IMG/VR virus record: IMGVR_UViG_3300003097_000006
Length of the DNA: 64,000 bases
Source of the DNA: a virus
Taxonomy: Duplodnaviria; Heunggongvirae; Uroviricota; Caudoviricetes
Strand: one strand, 5' to 3'
Position numbers and translations under genes: made by a program. The first letter of the stretch is position 1. Each line of letters starts with the position of its first letter. Positions 17,118 through 26,324 of this stretch are shown one piece after another. The notes beneath the pieces are model-generated. The model made no database searches. It was not told where the DNA came from and saw nothing but the letters and a program-made list of their open reading frames with translations.

Positions 17118-18784
17118 AACAGCCCCTTAGCTACGGCTTCTTTCACCGTGCGGTCAACGTATGATTCGATACGTGCCAGCACTTCATCACCGCTTTCAGT
17201 GAAGATTTCACCGTTGCGGTAGATAGTTACCAGCGCAGTGTCTGCTTCTTCTTCAACAGTAGCCTGGTCTTTGAAAGTCCAGTTACCGTTTTCATCGACG
17301 AAGTGAGCCATCAAGCCTTTAGCAGACTTTTTGGTGCCATCGTCAGTTGCAGGGTCTTTGAAGATTTCGCGGGCTTCACCATTAACGATGCCCCACGTCG
17401 CTTTCATAGCCCAGCCCAGCGTGTCACGAGTGACATACTGATAGGTGAACGAGCCGATACCCAGCACAACGTTGCTAGAGGCAAAGCCCTTAGCTTTGAG
17501 ACGCTGGAAGATTTCGAGCTGACGTTCCAGAGAGATTGAATCGCCGTAAATCAGGCCGATTTGAGGAGCGAGGACTTTGTAGCCTTTGGAGTTGATTTCA
17601 CCACCAAAAGTATCCCACAGAATCTGAATCGCACCTTTCACTTCCGCTTCTGACTTTTTAGTCACGCAGAAGTAACCGCCGTTGAAGTACGCATAGGTGA
17701 AGTATTCATCACCAATCTGTACAACATACGAACCATTTTCCGGCAGGTCGTTAGCATCATCCAGCATCCACTGACGTGCAATGTTCTCGTCTTTGAAACG
17801 AGCCACAACAGTGAATCCACAGATAATGTCTTCCGGAACACCGGAATCAGGACGAACAACCAGCTTACCATCACGTTCCATGATGATATCTTTGATGCTC
17901 GGCAGGGTGATTGTCAGAACATCCCAGAAGTTCCAGGTGTCAGACACGACCGACAGAATACCGGTAGTGTAGACTTCGGTCAGAAGACGAATGAACGTCT
18001 GGCGCTCATCATCTTTACCACCCATGCACATTACTGAATGCTCAGTAGCATTTACAGAGCCACCACGACCAGCTTCGGTCGGATAATGCTCATTGAAACG
18101 CTCACGGGCAAACACAGAGTCTGTCCCGTTGTAAGCCATCATATGACCAATACCGGTCAGACTGTTAGCCCACATGCCCATGCTCCCACGAGCAGCAAAG
18201 TCATGACCCTGCCACTGAACGTGGTCGTTGTTGTCGCAGGTCAGCTCAGCGAAGTATTCGCTCATCAGACGGAAGCTGAGTGCAGTCGTTGCAGAGGTAG
18301 CAACAGGCCACAGTTCAGCGCTCATCAACGTTTCCAAATAGTTCGGAATCCAGTAGAAATCGTCGATGGTGTTGATGATGGTAATCGGAGGACATTTAAC
18401 TTCCACCACATTACCTTCCGGCACTGCTTTAACGTGAATCGGCAGGTAGCCGAGTTTGTGCAGTTCATAGAACGGCTTCACGTCATAGTCGGTGTACAAA
18501 TAACTGTTAACCGATGCACGGAATTTCTCAACCACTTCTTCAGCGGGTTGGTTAAAGAAGTTGGTCTGAAACTCGTCGACCAGCCACTGAAGCATGAAGG
18601 TCTGAGCACCAACCCAAAGGATTGGAGAACCAGCTTCACCACGGAGGGCTTTGAAGAACGGAGATTTCAGATACTTGTTCGCACGAGGCGTAAAGTTACT
18701 GTACACGCGAGTAGTACCTTCTGGGTACTGAGCGCGGTGACCGAGTTTATAGCCGTCAATCGCAAAGATAGGACTAATTTTCAT
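17114..18784 (-). CDS. nadV: nicotinamide phosphoribosyltransferase (NAMPT/NadV-like)
   Basis: The N-terminus ...SPIFAIDGYKLGHRAQYPEGTTRVYSNFTPR matches the conserved NAMPT N-terminal block (DSYK..H...YP). Size is about 556 aa. The start is trimmed to Met15, giving a TAATG overlap with the Prs stop. Confidence 0.8.
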   Translation of the reverse strand: MKISPIFAIDGYKLGHRAQYPEGTTRVYSNFTPRANKYLKSPFFKALRGEAGSPILWVGAQTFMLQWLVDEFQTNFFNQPAEEVVEKFRASVNSYLYTDYDVKPFYELHKLGYLPIHVKAVPEGNVVEVKCPPITIINTIDDFYWIPNYLETLMSAELWPVATSATTALSFRLMSEYFAELTCDNNDHVQWQGHDFAARGSMGMWANSLTGIGHMMAYNGTDSVFARERFNEHYPTEAGRGGSVNATEHSVMCMGGKDDERQTFIRLLTEVYTTGILSVVSDTWNFWDVLTITLPSIKDIIMERDGKLVVRPDSGVPEDIICGFTVVARFKDENIARQWMLDDANDLPENGSYVVQIGDEYFTYAYFNGGYFCVTKKSEAEVKGAIQILWDTFGGEINSKGYKVLAPQIGLIYGDSISLERQLEIFQRLKAKGFASSNVVLGIGSFTYQYVTRDTLGWAMKATWGIVNGEAREIFKDPATDDGTKKSAKGLMAHFVDENGNWTFKDQATVEEEADTALVTIYRNGEIFTESGDEVLARIESYVDRTVKEAVAKGLF

Positions 18785-19674
18785 TAGACACCTGAGTAGT
18801 TGAGTGTACGAGCCAAATGTCCGCAATCATAGATGCGAACCTGCGGGTTGTCTTCGTGAGGTTTCTCACAGAAGGACACTGAGTTTGTAGTGTAGATTTT
18901 ATCCACACCACGACTGAGCAGGTGGTCGTAACCTTTACTAAAGATTCCGTGAGTTACCACCAGTTCGACTGTCTTAGCCCCAGCCTTTTTCAGGGCTTCG
19001 GCAGCACCGATGAAGGTCATACCACCGTCGCAAATATCATCGAAGATAACGCAACGACGGCCTTCAAGAGAAGACAGTGAACAGTCAACGATACGCATAC
19101 CGACAATATTGCCAGTCGCCACGTCACGCTCTTTATCCAGAACAACCAAGCCGATACTCGGCACGACCTTCTGAATACCATGAATTTTCTTCAGAGCACC
19201 GGCATCAGGAGAAACGATTACAATATCGTCACCCTGGGTTAAGCCATAGTGAAGAGGGTTGATTTGAAGCAAACGAGCCTGAGGAATGTTGAACACATTG
19301 TCAATCAAACCTGGGCCAACATCAGAGTGAGCATCAAACACGATGATTGAATCGAGTTCAAGTGCATTTAACTGCTTAGCGAACACTTTAAGAGTGAACG
19401 CATCGTTCTGAACCATGCGACGGTCTTGACGTGCATATGGCAGATACGGCATGAACAGGCAGATACGCATACGCGGATTGATGAATCGCAGAATATCTAC
19501 CACGCAAGCAACTTCAAAGAATTGATGTTGCGGGTCAGTGTCAGCCGTAACACTGATTGTAGCGCTTTCACATTGACGAGGCAGAACCCCTAACAACTGA
19601 ACACGCAAAGCACCGTCACTGAAACGTCCAGATTCGATGGATACATCGAGCGAATTAACCTTAAGATTAATCAT
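18784..19674 (-). CDS. prs: ribose-phosphate pyrophosphokinase (PRPP synthetase)
   Basis: PYLPYARQDRR, FDAHSD and VIFDDICDGGMT are the classic Prs motifs. The start is trimmed to MINLKV (ATG 19672-19674) with an AGAGG ribosome-binding site. Confidence 0.8.
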   Translation of the reverse strand: MINLKVNSLDVSIESGRFSDGALRVQLLGVLPRQCESATISVTADTDPQHQFFEVACVVDILRFINPRMRICLFMPYLPYARQDRRMVQNDAFTLKVFAKQLNALELDSIIVFDAHSDVGPGLIDNVFNIPQARLLQINPLHYGLTQGDDIVIVSPDAGALKKIHGIQKVVPSIGLVVLDKERDVATGNIVGMRIVDCSLSSLEGRRCVIFDDICDGGMTFIGAAEALKKAGAKTVELVVTHGIFSKGYDHLLSRGVDKIYTTNSVSFCEKPHEDNPQVRIYDCGHLARTLNYSGV

Positions 19675-20009
19675 ATTGCCTCTGTATGAAGGGTGGTAAC
19701 CACACTGCCAGCCTGGCCTAAAAACACGGGAACAGAAAATCCACATAAAAGGTTTTACCCAGGATTTTAAGAGCCTTACAAACTATCGTTTGATGGTCGC
19801 CGTCTGGGCAACCAATGAGGCTTATTCAACTAACTTTTAATTGAGCGCCATGCCCATACTGAGTGTTAACAGCTGAGTCTTAAGTTTTAACCCGGTGCGG
19901 TTTTACGGCTGCCCGGTTAGCCCCTAGGTTTCAATTAGCAGTTGAATGCCACTATCGCTGTGGCTTGCGTTCTGTTTTAGTTTTAACAGCAGGTGATTAC
20001 CGATTTTGT

Positions 20010-20651
20010 TTACGCCGCTGGGACTTCGATTTGAGTCGCTGCGTTTGTTTCGTTCAGTGCAACGTCGACTTCCTGCTCGAACACCTCAATTTCGTTCAAC
20101 TGAGTTGTGATGAACTGTTGCAGGTCAACCGGTGCAACGATGGAAGGAGTACCACGCTTACGCATGTCTTCAATCGTCGTCTTCACCAGGTCTTCGTTCG
20201 TATTGTCGGCCTGTTCTTTCGAATAGGCGTCGATACGGTTTTCAAGCTCAGTCTTCTTCGTACCAACCGTCGCTGATACTGAACGGAGCTGCATCTGAAG
20301 GCGTAACAGGAACGCTTTGCGACTCACGACGAATTTCTTCATCTCAATCGCTTCCGCCAGCGTGTATGTCTTTTCGCCAACCTTCACAGTAGTTTGTGCA
20401 TTAGCCGTAACCACTGCTCGCTTGACCAACTCACGGCGAAGGATTAACGCTTGCAGTGAGTCGAAGTTACCTTTCAGCGCTGCTTTGAGCGATTCAAGGT
20501 CTTTGAAAGTGTTATCATTAGGTTTGGCGAGTTCGCCTTCACCCAACACAACACTCACAACTGGTAGGGCTGCCGCACGTTCAATGCGACCTCCCAGTGA
20601 TTTCAATTCTACCAACGCACGAGCGATGGAGATTTTAGTTGTTCCCGACAT
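20010..20651 (-). CDS. hypothetical protein (about 213 aa, start at MSGTTK)
   Basis: ATG 20649-20651 has an AAGAGG ribosome-binding site. The track start 20720 overlaps the upstream gene. Confidence 0.5.
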   Translation of the reverse strand: MSGTTKISIARALVELKSLGGRIERAAALPVVSVVLGEGELAKPNDNTFKDLESLKAALKGNFDSLQALILRRELVKRAVVTANAQTTVKVGEKTYTLAEAIEMKKFVVSRKAFLLRLQMQLRSVSATVGTKKTELENRIDAYSKEQADNTNEDLVKTTIEDMRKRGTPSIVAPVDLQQFITTQLNEIEVFEQEVDVALNETNAATQIEVPAA

Positions 20652-21363
20652 TTTGAAGACCTCTTGGGGGTGGAGTAACAAATTTGCGATGGTCGAAATC
20701 AAGCCCTTCAATTTCACCAATCACACGGTAAGTTGTGTTCATAGTTTCAATGAACCAAACCTGAGCAATGCAGTAAATCTGTTTGATACTGCTGGTGTGG
20801 ATGTGAGTACCATCACGGAATGGATGATGCCCCGTGGTCATTTTATCATCAAAGATATTGCCCCACGCTATCGCACGACTCTTGTCCAGGTTGTACTGGA
20901 TGAAGCAACGACCAAGTCGAGCATCAAAGTGATGCTGCTTAGGTGCTTTAATCAAACCGGTAAGCAGTGGATTTTCATCCGCTGTAAACGATGAGAATGC
21001 GTTACGTTCATACATGATTTTGAAGTCACGAGCGAACTGACGCAGGCGGTTTGGGTTAAGACGCAGTACGTTCTTCTGGAAGCCACGTAACTGAACCGGG
21101 TCCATTAACTTCATGGAACCATCAACAGCGACACGGCTACCGACTGAGGTTGCCATGCACAGGTATTCATAACGACCACACCAGACATACAACAGTTGAC
21201 CGATTTCGAATTCAGTGAAGTCAGTCAACTCTGCCAGCACTTTGGTAGTGCCAATTGCCAGAGGTTCAGGGAACTTCTTATTGAACAGATGAGGAAAACG
21301 CTCAATCAGTTCAGGCATACGGCGGCTGTAGAAATCATATTGAACAGGAGAAACTGGACGCAT
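20635..21363 (-). CDS. ProQ/FinO-domain RNA-binding-like protein with an unknown C-terminal domain
   Basis: The N-terminus ...MPELIERFPHLFNKKFPEPLAIGTTKVLAEL resembles the ProQ N-terminal block (ERFPHCF...PLKIG). ATG 21361-21363 has a GAGAGGTG ribosome-binding site. Confidence 0.5.
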   Translation of the reverse strand: MRPVSPVQYDFYSRRMPELIERFPHLFNKKFPEPLAIGTTKVLAELTDFTEFEIGQLLYVWCGRYEYLCMATSVGSRVAVDGSMKLMDPVQLRGFQKNVLRLNPNRLRQFARDFKIMYERNAFSSFTADENPLLTGLIKAPKQHHFDARLGRCFIQYNLDKSRAIAWGNIFDDKMTTGHHPFRDGTHIHTSSIKQIYCIAQVWFIETMNTTYRVIGEIEGLDFDHRKFVTPPPRGLQNVGNN

Positions 21364-21456
21364 CTTAACACCTCTCATTGTTAGTTGACATATAACTAAT
21401 AAAGCCCACTTATCAACCACCCCTCTAAGAAGGGAAGCTGTAAATGGGCTTGATAG

Positions 21457-21579
21457 TTACATGAGTGATTTAATCTTATCCACTGCCAATTGCACAGCAG
21501 ATACAAACAAGGCAATCAGAATTGCTCCGATGCCACCTTTAATTGCAACCACCACACAATCAACAATGAATTGAGACAT
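21457..21579 (-). CDS. small hydrophobic peptide (40 aa) upstream of the SPFH gene
   Basis: An AGGTGA ribosome-binding site precedes ATG 21577-21579. The translation is MSQFIVDCVVVAIKGGIGAILIALFVSAVQLAVDKIKSLM. It is below the ORF-track cutoff. Confidence 0.3.
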   Translation of the reverse strand: MSQFIVDCVVVAIKGGIGAILIALFVSAVQLAVDKIKSLM

Positions 21580-21593
21580 GAATCACCTATGAA

Positions 21594-22514
21594 TTATTTG
21601 GAACGACTGTCGAAGATGGTAGAACCGGCGTAGCCAGCACCCATAACAGTGTTCGGAACGCCACCCTGGTATTTATCAGCAATGGTCTGCTGAACATCCA
21701 GTTCTTTCCAGCGAATCATCTCAGGTGTGATGGTCTGCTGAAGGGCACGGTTAGCTTCTGCTTCTTTCTTAGCTGCGTACAGCTTAGCATCAGCATCACG
21801 TTCGTTCGCCTGAGCGGCGTTAGCACGAGACTCTTTCGCTGCTACAGAAGTAACAACTTGCTGTTGAGCAATCTGTTCTTTCTTAGCCAGTTCAGCTTTC
21901 TCAGCGTTCACCTCTTCTTCACGAATCTTGGTGTTAGTCACCTGAGTCATGATTACTTCCGGCAGGGTGATGTCCTGCAAGAAGATTTCCTTAACGGTAT
22001 AACCGTAAGGACGGGCATACGCTTCGATTTCTGCTTTCACAGAATCTTGCAACTGAGCCTGGATTTCAGCATTGAAAAGGTCTTGAGCTTTCGGCACTGA
22101 CTTACCGAACTCGCGGACAGTAGAGAGCAATTTCTGCTCAACATACTTATCCAGCGCCTGGTCCTGAGTACCAGCGTTGATGCGGTTCATTGGCGCTTTA
22201 GAGCCATCAAACTGCAACATGACAGTCATATCCACAGTGGATTTGAACTTGTCCTGGCTAGGAACCTGGAGCTTGTCGTATGAGATTTTAATATCCTTCG
22301 TGGAGAAGGTATCAAAACTTGCAAACGGGTTCACGATGTGGAAGCCCGGCTTGACAGGTGCAGTTGAAACTTTACCCAGGAAGGTCTGAGTCTTAACCGT
22401 ACCGTCTTGCACAACGGTGTAGGAGTTGAGGCCAACAATCAGTGCAACGACTGCAACCAGACCACCTAAACCCCACTTCTTAAACTTCTTGAACAAGTCT
22501 TGCTCACGAGACAT
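21594..22514 (-). CDS. SPFH/band-7 (HflK/C, stomatin/prohibitin-like) membrane protein
   Basis: An N-terminal transmembrane segment (GLGGLVAVVALIVGL) is followed by YTVVQDGTVKTQTFLGKV, typical of the band-7 core. The C-terminus is a long Ala/Glu/Lys-rich coiled coil. Confidence 0.65.
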   Translation of the reverse strand: MSREQDLFKKFKKWGLGGLVAVVALIVGLNSYTVVQDGTVKTQTFLGKVSTAPVKPGFHIVNPFASFDTFSTKDIKISYDKLQVPSQDKFKSTVDMTVMLQFDGSKAPMNRINAGTQDQALDKYVEQKLLSTVREFGKSVPKAQDLFNAEIQAQLQDSVKAEIEAYARPYGYTVKEIFLQDITLPEVIMTQVTNTKIREEEVNAEKAELAKKEQIAQQQVVTSVAAKESRANAAQANERDADAKLYAAKKEAEANRALQQTITPEMIRWKELDVQQTIADKYQGGVPNTVMGAGYAGSTIFDSRSK

Positions 22515-22599
22515 GGATTAACCTTATCAGTTAGTTGTTGAAACCGGAGCCAACATGACTCCGAACAAACCCTCTCGTAAGAGGGCTTGCGCAGAGCAC

Positions 22600-23808
22600 T
22601 TAGCTGAACAGACGTTCCAGCATGTCTTTCTCAGTCTTCGCCTTCATAGGCTCGACGATTACAGTGAACAGCTTGCCGTCAACCTGACGTTCGAAGCGAG
22701 CACCTTTTGTAGTGCTGAAGGTGTCGGTCGCTGTATCCAGGCGCAGGTAGGCTTTGAATGGGGTTTCAAAGTCTTCCAGGTCTTCTTCAGTAGGTTCACG
22801 CTCTTTGGAGATTTCCACCAGTTCACGGTTGTAGTGATAGCAGTTGGATTTGCCCATCGCGCTGATGAAGGTCGCCATGTCTTTCCAGTTATCGAGTTCG
22901 AACCCGATGTTGAACAAGTGGCTACCTTCGTGTACAGCAACCAGGTCAACCATAACGTGAGCGTCATGAACTTTCAGCTCTTCGTCACCCCAGGTAACTT
23001 TGGTGGTGCGGCAGTGCATACGAGTTGCTTCACCCAGAGTCACGTTCATGTCCAGAATCAGGTCAACGAAGTTGGCGTCAGGGTAACGGTTGAGTTCTTC
23101 AACAACAGACTGCAACACGTCGAAGGACATGTCAGTGCTGATACCCCAGAACACGCGGATTTTCGGCAGGAAGTCTTTATTGACCAGCACGTCGTTACAG
23201 TAGCCAATCAGAACTTCTTCTTCCAGCTTGACGTAACGCCAGTGATAGAAGAAACGGCTTGGACGAGACAGCAGGAATTCACTGACCTGACCATCGTTGG
23301 TAGTCGCCAGGAACAGCTTGTTGTTAACGCCAGTGCCGTCCAGCAGGGACAGGAGGCCGTTCTGTTTGTCGTGGTCGTTGTATTTCTTCTCGAACTCGTC
23401 GATGAATACGACAACCGGCTGAGTGATGGAGTTCATGAACTGGTTGAACTCAGTACCCATGTACGCTTCTTCAATCAGAAGAACAGGTTTGTCTTCTTCA
23501 AGCGCCAGGGCGCAGATGGTACGGGACAGCAGGGTTTTGCCAGAGCCTTTGTTACCAGACAGCAGTACGCCGGTGTTCTTGTCCGTGCGGCTGTTGAAGG
23601 TGTTCAGCACTTTACGAGCACGAGGCTCAACAGTACCGTACAGCTTCTCAGGCAGAGTCATGTCAGCCTGACGACGCAGGAAGAAACCGCCAGCCATAGG
23701 GTTGTAATCAACCACATAGACGCCGGTTGGGATAGCAGGAATCTCATCACCACGGTCAGACGCAGTGAATACATTCTTGCCACGGGCTACAAAATGTTGC
23801 TGTTCCAT
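22600..23808 (-). CDS. classical AAA ATPase with unknown C-terminal domain
   Basis: Walker A (LLSGNKGSGKTLL), Walker B (VVVFIDEFE), sensor-1 (ATTN) and arginine finger (LLSRPSRFF). It lies immediately upstream of the SPFH gene on the same strand. Confidence 0.7.
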   Translation of the reverse strand: MEQQHFVARGKNVFTASDRGDEIPAIPTGVYVVDYNPMAGGFFLRRQADMTLPEKLYGTVEPRARKVLNTFNSRTDKNTGVLLSGNKGSGKTLLSRTICALALEEDKPVLLIEEAYMGTEFNQFMNSITQPVVVFIDEFEKKYNDHDKQNGLLSLLDGTGVNNKLFLATTNDGQVSEFLLSRPSRFFYHWRYVKLEEEVLIGYCNDVLVNKDFLPKIRVFWGISTDMSFDVLQSVVEELNRYPDANFVDLILDMNVTLGEATRMHCRTTKVTWGDEELKVHDAHVMVDLVAVHEGSHLFNIGFELDNWKDMATFISAMGKSNCYHYNRELVEISKEREPTEEDLEDFETPFKAYLRLDTATDTFSTTKGARFERQVDGKLFTVIVEPMKAKTEKDMLERLFS

Positions 23809-23876
23809 GTTACTTCCTCTTTTGTTTGCATTACAGTAAAAGTGAATAAGCCCTCTCGAAAGAAGGCTTAAGCAAA

Positions 23877-24065
23877 TTACTGTCCGTTTGTACGGATTAC
23901 CAGTGTGCTATCACGTTCTGCCATTTGCAGAGTTTCAACCAATGCAATTGCTGCATTGAGACCTTCCATAGCGAGCCGGTAGCCTTTCTCGTAAGAGGTG
24001 GCGGATTGGGCTCCATCACGCTGAGATTTCAGGTGATATAGAGTGGATGGGTTAATGATTGACAC
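23877..24065 (-). CDS. hypothetical protein (62 aa)
   Basis: Minus-strand ORF. Confidence 0.4.
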   Translation of the reverse strand: MSIINPSTLYHLKSQRDGAQSATSYEKGYRLAMEGLNAAIALVETLQMAERDSTLVIRTNGQ

Positions 24066-24068
24066 TAA

Positions 24069-24287
24069 CTACCTCACTGAATTATTGATTTCGTCTACAC
24101 GGTCACAATGGATAAGGAAACTTTCTTTAGCTTTATACCAGCTTTCAGTTCCATAATTCCAAATACCGTAGAATTTTAGAAGATTTCGATAATACACCAT
24201 TTCACGACGGTGCATGACGTATGCTTCACCCATACTAATGGTGTTACGTTTTACCAACATCTTCTTTGTTTGCCATAAGGTAATCAT
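24069..24287 (-). CDS. hypothetical protein (72 aa)
   Basis: Minus-strand ORF. Its ATG overlaps the stop of an upstream 30-aa membrane peptide (24284..24376) in an ATGA arrangement. Confidence 0.45.
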   Translation of the reverse strand: MITLWQTKKMLVKRNTISMGEAYVMHRREMVYYRNLLKFYGIWNYGTESWYKAKESFLIHCDRVDEINNSVR

Positions 24288-24368
24288 GGCTTTTTACCAC
24301 AATGGCCTTCGACAAATATCCAGATTACAACACCAACAGCAAGTAGTGCGTAATCAATCCACCAGTAG

Positions 24369-24584
24369 TCAGACATAATAGTGGAACTCCTTGTTGTGGA
24401 AGATAAATTTCTTACCAAGCAAAGTGCCCACCAAAACGGGAGACGTCACAGTAGTTTTAACTTCGAGAACAACCATTGATTCATTTTCAATCTTCAGTGG
24501 CTTGTTCTTCTTTTGCTTCTTTTTCATTGACTGGCTCCGGTACACAACGTGGGTTGGATTTTGGGAACCAGTGAATGCGACCAT
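24369..24584 (-). CDS. hypothetical basic protein (71 aa)
   Basis: Minus-strand ORF. Confidence 0.4.
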   Translation of the reverse strand: MVAFTGSQNPTHVVYRSQSMKKKQKKNKPLKIENESMVVLEVKTTVTSPVLVGTLLGKKFIFHNKEFHYYV

Positions 24585-24613
24585 CAGATTGGCGAATGCC
24601 GAATCCAGGAAGA

Positions 24614-25033
24614 TTAATCACCTGTTCCAGGTTTGCTGACACCATTGAAACGACCTCGCTTCATGACTCTCGCTTGTTCTGCTAAGCGAAATGCCCTACC
24701 TGCTTCTGCTGCCTGACGTTGTGATTCTTTAACCACACGTAAAGCATCCTGCTGCAATTTGTTATTCATTCGACGCTGAAGAACCATAATGCACTTCTTC
24801 AGAATCGCAATCTTAACAGCGTCAGGAATCTTATTGAGTCGCAGGAATTTATCAACGAAAGACTTGGCGTTGTTATATTCTTTACGAACAAAGACAACGT
24901 TGCTTTCCGTATAATCCAACAATGGGTCAAGACGTTCAAATGTAACGTCATGCACATCACTGAATTCTTCGCCTGAGTAGTAGCATGTTCCATCACCTTT
25001 GCGGAACAGCTTAACCATTTTCTCAAGGCTCAT
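24614..25033 (-). CDS. hypothetical protein (about 139 aa, start at MSLEKM)
   Basis: ATG 25031-25033 has an AAAGG ribosome-binding site. The track start 25225 overlaps the upstream gene by more than 100 nt. Confidence 0.45.
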   Translation of the reverse strand: MSLEKMVKLFRKGDGTCYYSGEEFSDVHDVTFERLDPLLDYTESNVVFVRKEYNNAKSFVDKFLRLNKIPDAVKIAILKKCIMVLQRRMNNKLQQDALRVVKESQRQAAEAGRAFRLAEQARVMKRGRFNGVSKPGTGD

Positions 25034-25106
25034 TTTAACCTTTGGCTCATTGCTTGCACCACGGTCGCAGTTAGCATACTTGGCGGCAATCAACCGGCTG
25101 ATAGCA

Positions 25107-25421
25107 CTATCGGTCAAAGTCGAGTACAACACTCCCTTTCTCCTCAATCTCAGCCATAACTTTATTATACTCACGAACAGTTCGAACGAGAGCAGCTTTA
25201 GGATTATCCTGCATGGCAATCCCAACGATTACGCCCTGTACCTGAATATCAGTACACCACGTATTAGTAATTGTTGCTGCGCAACCAACCAGCTTAGGTT
25301 TGGTTCGAGCTTTTCGACCTTCTAGGTCTGCAACACGCTCTTCCATTAACATTGTGAGAATCATTGTCTCAAGAGCGTCTTCATACATCTCTAACTTTTT
25401 GTCAGGAAAAATCATTCGCAT
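25107..25421 (-). CDS. hypothetical protein (104 aa)
   Basis: Minus-strand ORF. Confidence 0.5.
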   Translation of the reverse strand: MRMIFPDKKLEMYEDALETMILTMLMEERVADLEGRKARTKPKLVGCAATITNTWCTDIQVQGVIVGIAMQDNPKAALVRTVREYNKVMAEIEEKGSVVLDFDR

Positions 25422-25624
25422 AAGTCCTATTTTAAAATAGGGAGGCGGGGACGAGCCGCCTTTATCCCTAGAAGCATGTAAGACCTAACAAACCCTACCC
25501 CGTCCGAAATGAGGGGATACGATTCTAAGGGGCGGTAAATTACCCGGCCTACGTTTCGCATTGTTTAAGTTAGTGTCACCTTTCGGTGACGGTTAGGTGT
25601 CAAGGTTATCTAATCCTCAACTCA

Positions 25625-25646
25625 AAGGGCTCTCTAAAGAACCCTT
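25625..25646 (-). other. conserved hairpin, copy 2 (AAGGGTTCTTTAGAGAGCCCTT on the minus strand), 12 nt after the stop of gene 25658..25900
   Basis: Same stem as the copy at 16782-16803. Possible RNA processing or regulatory site. Confidence 0.4.
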
Positions 25647-25657
25647 CACGTTGTAGG

Positions 25658-25900
25658 TTAGAGTGTAATTGTCACTTTTGCAGTTTTAACAATTACACAC
25701 AATACACTGTTAATAGGTGCAATCATGTCGCCAGATTCAAGATTGGCTAACATTGTTCGTTTGCTAAAATCTGACTTATTAACATAACTGGATTCGTCTG
25801 GGTTAAGGACTAAGTAATGCTTGTCGTTAACTTCAACCACATCACCAGATTTAGCAGAACCAACTGAAACCTTTTTATAATTCGTAACTTCGACTTTCAT
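25658..25900 (-). CDS. hypothetical protein (80 aa)
   Basis: Minus-strand ORF. Confidence 0.5.
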   Translation of the reverse strand: MKVEVTNYKKVSVGSAKSGDVVEVNDKHYLVLNPDESSYVNKSDFSKRTMLANLESGDMIAPINSVLCVIVKTAKVTITL

Positions 25901-25901
25901 C

Positions 25902-26318
25902 TTAGTCCCCTAGTTTAAGACCCCAATCAGACCAATGAAGCTTGTGAGCCTCGTTATTAGTCTCGATGGAGTCAATAAGAGCCTGATAAGCTTTCTGCTG
26001 ACTTTCTGGAAGCTTCAAGATGATATGATAATTACCAAACCAATGGTATTGACCATACGTTCTAGGAACACCCATTTCAGACATGCAGATTCCAGTTACC
26101 AAGAACGAATGAGCGTACTCGCTGTGAGTATTCACTGAGGATGAGATTCTGAGAATCAAATCTCTGTGGACTTGCTCATAACTTGGCTTGGACAGCCTAC
26201 CATCAAAAATCGGTATAACCCAATCACCCGGTTTCAACTCTTTGAGGTCTTTAACTCTCAGAGGATGATTAAGGTACTTATTGAGGTACTCAGGTATAAT
26301 CGACATGGCGGCCATCAC
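25902..26318 (-). CDS. hypothetical protein (138 aa)
   Basis: Minus-strand ORF. Confidence 0.55.
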   Translation of the reverse strand: MMAAMSIIPEYLNKYLNHPLRVKDLKELKPGDWVIPIFDGRLSKPSYEQVHRDLILRISSSVNTHSEYAHSFLVTGICMSEMGVPRTYGQYHWFGNYHIILKLPESQQKAYQALIDSIETNNEAHKLHWSDWGLKLGD

Positions 26319-26324
26319 AGTAGT
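26313..26324 (-). repeat. 12-mer ACTACTGTGATG (minus strand), copy a of a 4-copy motif
   Basis: Spans the junction between the 50-aa ORF stop and the 25902..26318 start. Confidence 0.5.

Noticed and set aside
18038-18787. 249-aa plus-strand ORF
   Set aside because: Antisense to the NAMPT gene. All neighbouring genes are on the minus strand.
22555-23871. 438-aa plus-strand ORF
   Set aside because: It lies entirely antisense to the AAA ATPase gene, which has clear Walker motifs. The ORF has low-complexity Val/Phe/Gln-rich composition and no ribosome-binding site. It is a shadow ORF.
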